Source: Octopus vulgaris (taxonomy: Eukaryota). Taken from it: a DNA stretch of 64,000 nucleotides. This document shows positions 55,001 through 64,000 of the stretch, one piece after another. The translations under genes were made by a program, and so were the position numbers. Where the stretch lies: the NCBI GenBank assembly GCA_951406725.2, contig OX597842.1:248001-312000 (forward strand), in the 5' to 3' direction. The stretch's first letter is position 1. Every line of letters starts with the position of its first letter. The notes under the pieces were generated by a model. It saw only the letters and a program-made list of their open reading frames with translations. It was not told the DNA's origin and did not search any database.

Positions 55001-58000
55001 GCACCTGTGCCGGTTGCATGTAAAAAGCACCATCCATACGTTGCTGATGCAAGCGTCGCCTTGACTGGCTTCCATGTCGGTGGCATGAAAAAACCACCAA
55101 CCGATCGTGGCCGTTGCCAGCCTCCTCTGGCACATAAAAAGTACCCACTACAGGCACGTGTATTTCACGTTTAGGAAAGGCATCCAGCTGTAGAAACACT
55201 GCCAGATCAGACTAGAGCCTGGTGCAGCCTCCTGGCTTCCCAGATCCCGGTCGATCCGTCCAACCAATGCAAGCATAGAAAACAGATGTTAAACGATGAT
55301 GATGATGTTTCATGCAGAATTCATTCCTCCTTTTTAATGCCAACCATTTTACAGAGTACTTGGAGGCTTTTTTACATGGCACCAATACTAGGAGGTCGCC
55401 AATAACTATAAAGACAAAGGAAGTGGAAGGAAAAAGTCCCGACCAAAGAGCATAGCAGTGAGGTTGGTGGCTTTATACTAGGTGCTGAGAGGTTAAAATA
55501 AGTGGGGTGGGTGTAAGTGGAAAGTGACATGGTTTAATCAGGCGTACACCCATGTCAGCTGAAATCATGTCCCAATAAACATAAATCTCATTAAATTAAA
55601 ACTCGTTAGTCTAAGTGTAATAAGATGTCTAATTCCTTTTGATGGTCTCTATTGCACATTTTCCCTTTTAATTTCCAAGGGCAAAAATATTGACCCTTTA
55701 GCATTCAGATTATTCAGTGAAATTTAATCCTTATTTATTCACATTGGTTTGAATTAATCATGGATTATCTCGTAGCTTTGAAATTTCATTGATGTGATGA
55801 TGAATTTTTGGAATAACATTGTAGGGTAGGTGTGAGAGGGTGGATGTGGCTAGTTCAAACATAAAACAGATATGGCTGGATTAATCCTTTAGCAATCAGA
55901 TTACTGTGAAATATAATGTTCTTTTATTCCAATTATTTTGAATCATATCATCTTAAAATCAAAAATTTTTGTTTCCATTTTTTACAGATTTGATAAATAT
56001 AAATGATGATAATATCACCCAAAGTGGTAAGTGGATTAACAAACCATTTCTCTCCTAGACATTACCTTTTCAGTTCTGTCTTCTATTTCCTTCCCATAAC
56101 TCATAAGTTTTAGCCAATCTTTTGATTTTTGATTTCTTTAAATTTTTAATTTAACCTTTGAGAAAGGCTAAAGAGCCAAAAATGCACATCAGGGAATGTA
56201 CTGCAGCAGTGGTTTTCGACCGGGGTCATGATGGTTTGTGGAGGTCCATATAGGACTGACACCTTCAATTTTGCTATGGATCCAACACACCAGAGCATTG
56301 TGGTGAACTCCATTCCATGCATTGGCAAGGCTTCTATTGCTTCATGGCTTTCCTAACACTCACCACTTTAGCACATGTAGTGGCTGCTTTTCTTCATTGC
56401 ACCACCACTCATTTGGTTACCATGTAGCTGCTATTATGACAGTCGTTCTGAATAGGATTGTGGTTATGATGTTTATCATCATCAGTTATGGCACCTGTGC
56501 CGGTTGCACGTAAAAAGCACCATCCGTACGTTGCTGATGCCAGCGCCGCCTTGACTGGCTTCCATGTCGGTGGCATGAAAACCACCAACCGATCGTGGCC
56601 GTTGCCAGCCTCCCTGGCACATAAAAAGTACCCACTACAGTCACGTGTGTTTCACGTTTAGGGAAGGCATCCAGCTGTAGAAACACTGCCAGATCAGACT
56701 GGAGCCTGGTGCAGCCTCCTGGCTTCCCAGATCCCGGTCGATCCGTCCAACCAATGCAAGCATAGAAAACGGATGTTAAACGATGATGATGATGTTTCAT
56801 GCAGAATTCATTCCTCCTTTTTAATGCCAACCATTTTACAGAGTACTTGGAGGCTTTTTTACATGGCACCAATACTAGGAGGTCGCCAATAACTATAAAG
56901 ACAAAGGAAGCGGAAGGAAAAAGTCCCGACCGAAGAGCATAGCAGTGAGTGTGGTGGCTTTATACCAGGTGCTGAGAGGTTAAAATAAGTGGGGTGGGTG
57001 TAAGTGGAAAGTGACATGATTTAATCAGGCGTACACCCATGTCAGCTGAAATCATGTCCCAATAAACATAAATCTCATTAAATTAAAACTCGTTAGTCTA
57101 AGTGTGATAGGATGTCTAATTTCTTTTGATGGTCTCTATTGCACATTTTCCCTTTTAATTCCAACGGCAAAAATATTAACCCTTTAGCATTCAGATTATT
57201 CAGTGAAATTTAATCCTTATTTATTCACATTGGTTTGAATTAATCATGGATTATTTCGTAGCTTTGAGATTTCATTGATGTGATGATGAATTTTTGGAAT
57301 AACATTGTAGGGTAGGTGTGGGAGGTTGGATGTGGCTAGTTCAAACATAAACAGATATGGCTGGTTTAATCCTTTAGCAATCAGATTACTGTGAAATATA
57401 ATGTTCTTTTATTCACGTTTTTTTGAATAATATCATCTTAAAATCAAAAATATTTGTTTCTATTTTTACAGATTTGGAAGATGAAAATGATGAAAATATC
57501 AGCGATAGTGGTAAGTGGATTAACAAACCGTTTCTCTCCTAGACATTACCTTTTCAGTTCTGTCTTCTATTTCTTTCCCTTAACTCATAAGTTTTAGCCA
57601 ATCTTTTGATTTTCGATCTCTTTAAATTTTTAATTTAATCTTTGAGAAAGGCTAAAGAGCCAAAAATGCACATCAGGGAATGTACTGCAGCAGTGGTTTT
57701 CGACCAGGGTCATGATGGTTTTTGGGGGTCCATATAGGACTGACACCTTCAAGTTTGCTATGGATCCAACAAGCCACAGCATTGTGGTGAACTGCATTCC
57801 ATGCATTGGCAAGGCTTCTATTGTTTCATGGCCTTCCTAACACCCAACACTTTACCTCATGCAGCGGCTGCTTTTCTTCATTGCACCATCACTTATTTGG
57901 TTACCATGTAGCTGCGATTATGACAGTCTTTCTGAATAGGATTGTTGTTATGATGTTTATCATCATCAGTAATGGCACCTGTGCCGGTGGCACGTAAAAA

Positions 58001-61000
58001 GAACCATCCATACGTTGCCGATGACAGCATCGCCTTGACTGGCTTCCATGTCGGTGGCATGAACAAACCACCAACCGATCGTGGCCGTTGCCAGCTTCCC
58101 TGGCACATAAAAAGTACCCACTATAGTCACGTGTGTTTCGCGTTTAGGAAAGGCATCCAGCTGTAGAAACACAGCCAGATCAGACTGGAGCCTGGTGCAG
58201 CCTCCTGGCTTCCCAGATCCCGGTCGATCCGTCCAACCAATGCAAGCATGGAAAACGGATGTTAAACGATGATGATGATGTTTCATGCAGAATTCATTCC
58301 TCCGTTTTAATGCCAACCATTTTACAGATTACTTGGAGGCTTTTTTACATGGCACCAACACTAGTAGGTCGCCAATAACTATAAAGACAAAGGAAGAGGA
58401 AGGAAAAAGCCCCAACCGAAGAGCATAGCAGTGAGTGTGGTGGCTTTATACCAGGTGCTGAGAGGTTAAAATAAGTGGGGTGTTTGTAAGTGGAAAGTGA
58501 CATGGTTTAATCAGGCGTACACCCATGTCTGATGAAATCATGTCCCAATAAACATAAATCTCATTAAATTAAAACTTGTTAGTCTAAGCGTAATAAGATG
58601 TCTAATTTCTTTTGATGGTCTCTATTGCACATTTTCCCTTTTAATTTCCAAGAGCAAAAATATTAACCTTTAGCAATCAGATTATTCAGTGAAATGTAAT
58701 CCTTATTTATTCACATTGGTTTGAATTAATCATGGATTATTTCGTAGCTTTGAGATTTCATTGATGTGATGATGAATTTTTGGAATAACATTGTAGGGTA
58801 GGTGTGGGAGGTTGGATGTGGCTAGTTCAAACATAAACAGATATGGCTGGTTTAATCCTTTAGCAATCAGATTACTATGAAATATAATGTTCTTTTATTC
58901 ACGTTTTTTTGAATAATATCATCTTAAAATCAAAAATATTTGTTTCTATTTTTACAGATTTGGAAGATGAAAATGATGAAAGTATCACCGATAGTGGTAA
59001 GTGGATTAACAAACCGTTTCTCTCCTAGACATTACCTTTTCAGTTCTGTCTTCTATTTCTTTCCCTTAACTCATAAGTTTTAGCCAATCTTTTGATTTTC
59101 GATCTCTTTAAATTTTTAATTTAATCTTTGAGAAAGGCTAAAGAGCCAAAAATGCACATCAGGGAATGTACTGCAGCAGTGGTTTTCGACCGGGGTCATG
59201 ATGGTTTTTGGGGGTCCATATAGGACTGACACCTTCAAGTTTGCTATGGATCCAACAAGCCACAGCATTGTGGTGAACTGCATTCCATGCATTGGCAAGG
59301 CTTCTATTGTTTCATGGCCTTCCTAACACCCAACACTTTACCACATGTCGTGGCTGCTTTTCTTCATTGCACCATCACTTATTTGGTTACCATGTAGCTG
59401 CGATTATGACAGTCTTTCTGAATAGGATTGTTGTTATGATGTTTATCATCATCAGTAATGGCACCTGTGCCGGTGGCACGTAAAAAGAACCATCCGTACG
59501 TTGCCGATGACAGCATCGCCTTGACTGGCTTCCATGTCGGTGGCATGAACAAACCACCAACCGATCGTGGCCGTTGCCAGCTTCCCCTGGCACATAAAAA
59601 GTACCCACTATAGTCACGTGTGTTTCGCGTTTAGGAAAGGCATCCAGCTGTAGAAACACTGCCAGATCAGACTGGAGCCTGGTGCAGCCTCCTGGCTTCC
59701 CAGATCCCGGTCGATCCGTCCAACCAATGCAAGCATGGAAAACGGATGTTAAACGATGATGATGATGTTTCATGCAGAATTCATTCCTCCGTTTTAATGC
59801 CAACCATTTTACAGATTACTTGGAGGCTTTTTTACATGGCACCAACACTAGTAGGTCGCCAATAACTATAAAGACAAAGGAAGAGGAAGGAAAAAGCCCC
59901 AACCGAAGAGCATAGCAGTGAGTGTGGTGGCTTTATACCAGGTGCTGAGAGGTTAAAATAAGTGGGGTGTTTGTAAGTGGAAAGTGACATGGTTTAATCA
60001 GGCGTACACCCATGTCTGATGAAATCATGTCCCAATAAACATAAATCTCATTAAATTAAAACTCGTTAGTCTAAGTGTAATAAGATGTCTAATTTCTTTT
60101 GATGGTCTCTATTGCACATTTTCCCTTTTAATTTCCAAGAGCAAAAATATTAACCCTTTAGCAATCAGATTATTCAGTGAAATTTAATCCTTATTTATTC
60201 ACATTGGTTTGAATTAATCATGGATTATTTCGTAGCTTTGAGATTTCATTGATGTGATGATGAATTTTTGGAATAACATTGTAGGGTAGGTGTGGGAGGT
60301 TGGATGTGGCTAGTTCAAACATAAACAGATATGGCTGGTTTAATCCTTTAGCAATCAGATTACTGTGAAATATAATGTTCTTTTATTCACGTTTTTTTGA
60401 ATAATATCATCTTAAAATCAAAAATATTTGTTTCTATTTTTACAGATTTGGAAGATGAAAATGATGAAAGTATCACCGATAGTGGTAAGTGGATTAACAA
60501 ACCGTTTCTCTCCTAGACATTACCTTTTCAGTTCTGTCTTCTATTTCTTTCCCTTAACTCATAAGTTTTAGCCAATCTTTTGATTTTCGATCTCTTTAAA
60601 TTTTTAATTTAATCTTTGAGAAAGGCTAAAGAGCCAAAAATGCACATCAGGGAATGTACTGCAGCAGTGGTTTTCGACCGGGGTCATGATGGTTTTTGGG
60701 GGTCCATATAGGACTGACACCTTCAAGTTTGCTATGGATCCAACAAGCCACAGCATTGTGGTGAACTGCATTCCATGCATTGGCAAGGCTTCTATTGTTT
60801 CATGGCCTTCCTAACACCCAACACTTTACCTCATGCAGCGGCTGCTTTTCTTCATTGCACCATCACTTATTTGGTTACAATGTAGCTGCGATTATGACAG
60901 TCTTTCTGAATAGGATTGTTGTTATGATGTTTATCATCATCAGTAATGGCACCTGTGCCGGTGGCACGTAAAAAGAACCATCCGTACGTTGCCGATGACA

Positions 61001-63463
61001 GCATCGCCTTGACTGGCTTCCATGTCGGTGGCATGAACAAACCACCAACCGATCGTGGCCGTTGCCAGCTTCCCCCTGGAACATAAAAAGTACCCACTAT
61101 AGTCACGTGTGTTTCGCGTTTAGGAAAGGCATCCAGCTGTAGAAACACTGCCAGATCAGACTGGAGCCTGGTGCAGCCTCCTGGCTTCCCAGATCCCGGT
61201 CGATCCGTCCAACCAATGCAAGCATGGAAAACGGATGTTAAACGATGATGATGATGTTTCATGCAGAATTCATTCCTCCGTTTTAATGCCAACCATTTTA
61301 CAGATTACTTGGAGGCTTTTTTACATGGCACCAACACTAGTAGGTCGCCAATAACTATAAAGACAAAGGAAGAGGAAGGAAAAGCCCCAACCGAAGAGCA
61401 TAGCAGTGAGTGTGGTGGCTTTATACCAGGTGCTGAGAGGTTAAAATAAGTGGGGTGTTTGTAAGTGGAAAGTGACATGGTTTAATCAGGCGTACACCCA
61501 TGTCTGATGAAATCATGTCCCAATAAACATAAATCTCATTAAATTAAAACTCGTTAGTCTAAGTGTAATAAGATGTCTAATTCCTTTTGATGGTCTCTAT
61601 TGCACATTTTCCCTTTTAATTTCCAAGGGCAAAAATATTGACCCTTTAGCATTCAGATTATTCAGTGAAATTTAATCCTTATTTATTCACATTGGTTTGA
61701 ATTAATCATGGATTATCTCGTAGCTTTGAAATTTCATTGATGTGATGATGAATTTTTGGAATAACATTGTAGGGTAGGTGTGAGAGGGTGGATGTGGCTA
61801 GTTCAAACATAAAACAGATATGGCTGGATTAATCCTTTAGCAATCAGATTACTGTGAAATATAATGTTCTTTTATTCCAATTATTTTGAATCATATCATC
61901 TTAAAATCAAAAATTTTTGTTTCCATTTTTTACAGATTTGATAAATATAAATGATGATAATATCACCCAAAGTGGTAAGTGGATTAACAAACCATTTCTC
62001 TCCTAGACATTACCTTTTCAGTTCTGTCTTCTATTTCCTTCCCATAACTCATAAGTTTTAGCCAATCTTTTGATTTTTGATTTCTTTAAATTTTTAATTT
62101 AACCTTTGAGAAAGGCTAAAGAGCCAAAAATGCACATCAGGGAATGTACTGCAGCAGTGGTTTTCGACCGGGGTCATGATGGTTTGTGGAGGTCCATATA
62201 GGACTGACACCTTCAATTTTGCTATGGATCCAACACACCAGAGCATTGTGGTGAACTCCATTCCATGCATTGGCAAGGCTTCTATTGCTTCATGGCTTTC
62301 CTAACACTCACCACTTTAGCACATGTAGTGGCTGCTTTTCTTCATTGCACCACCACTCATTTGGTTACCATGTAGCTGCTATTATGACAGTCGTTCTGAA
62401 TAGGATTGTGGTTATGATGTTTATCATCATCAGTTATGGCACCTGTGCCGGTTGCACGTAAAAAGCACCATCCGTACGTTGCTGATGCCAGCGCCGCCTT
62501 GACCGGCTTCCATGTCGGTGGCATGAAAAAACGACCAACCGATCGTGGCCGTTGCCAGCCTCCCCTGGCACATAAAAAGTACCCACTACAGTCACATGTG
62601 TTTCACGTTTAGGAAAGGCATCCAGCTGTAGAAACACTGCCAGATCAGACTGGAGCCTGGTGCAGCCTCCTGGCTTCCCAGATCCCGGTCGATCCGTCCA
62701 ACCAATGCAAGCATAGAAAACGGATGTTAAACGATGATGATGATGTTTCATGCAGAATTCATTCCTCCTTTTTAATGCCAACCATTTTACAGAGTACTTG
62801 GAGGCTTTTTTACATGGCACCAATACTAGGAGGTCGCCAATAACTATAAAGACAAAGGAAGCGGAAGGAAAAATCCCGACCGAAGAGCATAGCAGTGAGT
62901 GTGGTGGCTTTATACCAGGTGCTGAGAGGTTAAAATAAGTGGGGTGGGTGTAAGTGGAAAGTGACATGGTTTAATCAGGCATACACCCATGTCTGATGAA
63001 ATCATGTCCCAATAAACATAAATCTCATTAAATTAAAACTCGTTAGTCTAAGTGTAATAAGATGTCTAATTTCTTTTGATGGTCTCTATTACACATTTTC
63101 CCTTTTAATTTCCAAGGGCAAAAAAATTAACCCTTTAGCATTCAGATAATTCAGTGAAATGTAATCCTTATTTATTCAAATTGGTTTGAATTAATGATGG
63201 ATTATCTCGTAGCTTTGAAATTTCAAAGATGTGATGATGAATTTTTGGAATAACATTGTAGGGTAGGTGTGAGAGGGTGGATGTGGCTAGTTCAAACATA
63301 AGACAGATATGGCTGGTTTAATCCTTCAGCAATCAGGTTACTGTGAAATATAATGTTCTTTTCTTCATATTATTTTGAATTATATCATCTTAAAATCAAA
63401 AATTTTTGTTTCCATTTTTTACAGAATCGACAATTACAAATGATGATAATGTCCACCAAAGTC
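30980..63463 (+). CDS. Putative multi-exon gene for a secreted, acidic, N-glycosylated tandem-repeat protein: signal-peptide exon plus at least 22 39-nt micro-exons; 3' end lies beyond the window
   Basis: Seen: ATG exon ends in phase 1 (C|gtaagt); each array unit has polypyrimidine+cag|39 nt|gtaagt, open in the same phase. Spliced product: MGISNLLKVLLLFSITYF-QSTNTNDDNITQS-DLININDDNITQS-DLEDENDENISDS-DLEDENDESITDS-DLEDENDESITDS-DLININDDNITQS-ESTITNDDNVHQS-HLININDDNITQS-... (18+22x13=304 aa in window, no stop). Expression is inferred, not shown. Confidence 0.8.
32155..32193 (+). CDS. micro-exon 1, variant A: (Q)STNTNDDNITQS
   Basis: ttttttacag|AATCGACAAATACAAATGATGATAATATCACCCAAAGTG|gtaagt. 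Confidence 0.8.
33653..33691 (+). CDS. micro-exon 2, variant B: DLININDDNITQS
   Basis: ttttttacag|ATTTGATAAATATAAATGATGATAATATCACCCAAAGTG|gtaagt. Confidence 0.75.
35138..35176 (+). CDS. micro-exon 3, variant C: DLEDENDENISDS
   Basis: tttttacag|ATTTGGAAGATGAAAATGATGAAAATATCAGCGATAGTG|gtaagt. Confidence 0.75.
36625..36663 (+). CDS. micro-exon 4, variant D: DLEDENDESITDS
   Basis: tttttacag|ATTTGGAAGATGAAAATGATGAAAGTATCACCGATAGTG|gtaagt. Confidence 0.75.
38110..38148 (+). CDS. micro-exon 5, variant D
   Basis: cag|39 nt|gtaagt, same as exon 4. Confidence 0.75.
39600..39638 (+). CDS. micro-exon 6, variant B
   Basis: cag|39 nt|gtaagt, same as exon 2. Confidence 0.75.
41089..41127 (+). CDS. micro-exon 7, variant A': ESTITNDDNVHQS
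   Basis: cag|AATCGACAATTACAAATGATGATAATGTCCACCAAAGTC|gtaagt. Confidence 0.75.
42586..42624 (+). CDS. micro-exon 8, variant B (first residue H if joined to exon 7)
   Basis: cag|39 nt|gtaagt. Confidence 0.75.
44076..44114 (+). CDS. micro-exon 9, variant B
   Basis: cag|39 nt|gtaagt. Confidence 0.75.
45561..45599 (+). CDS. micro-exon 10, variant C
   Basis: cag|39 nt|gtaagt. Confidence 0.75.
47048..47086 (+). CDS. micro-exon 11, variant D
   Basis: cag|39 nt|gtaagt. Confidence 0.75.
48536..48574 (+). CDS. micro-exon 12, variant D
   Basis: cag|39 nt|gtaagt. Confidence 0.75.
50023..50061 (+). CDS. micro-exon 13, variant D
   Basis: cag|39 nt|gtaagt. Confidence 0.75.
51513..51551 (+). CDS. micro-exon 14, variant B
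   Basis: cag|39 nt|gtaagt. Confidence 0.75.
53001..53039 (+). CDS. micro-exon 15, variant A'
   Basis: cag|39 nt|gtaagt, same as exon 7. Confidence 0.75.
54498..54536 (+). CDS. micro-exon 16, variant B
   Basis: cag|39 nt|gtaagt. Confidence 0.75.
55988..56026 (+). CDS. micro-exon 17, variant B
   Basis: cag|39 nt|gtaagt. Confidence 0.75.
57472..57510 (+). CDS. micro-exon 18, variant C
   Basis: cag|39 nt|gtaagt. Confidence 0.75.
58958..58996 (+). CDS. micro-exon 19, variant D
   Basis: cag|39 nt|gtaagt. Confidence 0.75.
60446..60484 (+). CDS. micro-exon 20, variant D
   Basis: cag|39 nt|gtaagt. Confidence 0.75.
61936..61974 (+). CDS. micro-exon 21, variant B
   Basis: cag|39 nt|gtaagt. Confidence 0.75.
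63425..63463 (+). CDS. micro-exon 22, variant A'
   Basis: cag|39 nt|gtaagt. Confidence 0.75.
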
Positions 63464-64000
63464 GTAAGTGGATTAACAAACCTTTTCTCTCTTTTTAAAC
63501 TAGACATTACCTTTTTATTTCTGTCTTCTATTTCTTTCCCTTAACTCATAACTTTTATCCAATCTTTTGATTTTTGATTTCTTTAAATTTTTAATTTAAC
63601 CTTTGAGAAAGGCCAAAGAGCCAAAAATGCACATCAGGGAATGTACTGCAGCAGTGGTTTTCGACCAGGGTCATGATGGTTTGTGGAGGTCCATATAGGA
63701 CTGACACCTTCAATTTTGATATGGATCCAACAAGCCACAGCATTGTGGTGAACTCCATTCCATGCATTGGCAAGGCTTCTATTGCTTCATGGCCTTCCTA
63801 ACTCTCACCACTTTAGCACATGTAGTGGCTGCTTTTCTTCATTGCACCATCACTCATTTGGTTACCATGTAGCTGCTATTATGACAGTCGTTCTGAATAG
63901 GATTGTGGTTATGATGTTTGTCATCATCAGTTGTGGCACCTGTGCAGGTGGCACGTAAAAAGAACCACCCGTACGTTGCCGATGACAGCGCCGCCTTGAC

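Larger units (their letters stand above)
31910..64000. repeat. ~1.49-kb tandem array (about 21.5 units, truncated by the window end) with a 7-8-unit higher-order repeat
   Basis: The same landmarks recur every 1484-1498 bp (micro-exon starts 32155, 33653, 35138, 36625...). Exon variant order: A,B,C,D,D,B,A',B,B,C,D,D,D,B,A',B,B,C,D,D,B,A'. Confidence 0.98.

Noticed and set aside
32404-63958. Recurrent ORFs in the array (MARLLLFHGLPNT..., MALKRRNEFCMKHHHH..., MPMHGM..., MQNSFLL...)
   Set aside because: They lie in TE-derived intron sequence, shift frame between near-identical units at homopolymers, and often start at non-ATG codons; no coding constraint

Overview
AT-rich, intron-rich eukaryotic genomic DNA. 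The repeat landscape (tRNA-type SINEs with internal (TA)n, mariner/Tc1 relics, MITEs, Helitron-like elements, long microsatellites) looks like an octopus or other coleoid cephalopod; this is my inference, not a database result. Positions 1-30.8 kb are almost all transposon debris and simple repeats. They include a 107-bp minisatellite, several hammerhead-ribozyme motifs typical of Penelope-like retroelements, and a patchwork of local direct and inverted duplications. The main signal is absent from the ORF track. A + strand signal-peptide exon (30980-31034, MGISNLLKVLLLFSITYF, phase-1 GT donor) is followed by a ~1.49-kb tandem array (~31.9 kb to the window end). Each unit carries one 39-nt, phase 1-1 micro-exon with canonical splice sites (tttacag / gtaagt). 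The 22 micro-exons encode 13-aa acidic, Asn-rich modules in five variants arranged as a 7-8-unit higher-order repeat. Every nucleotide difference I found between variants lies in an amino-acid-changing codon, and the exons diverge several-fold more than the intron stretch I compared. The gene is open at the right edge. Nearly all ORFs in the supplied track are artefacts of repeats.
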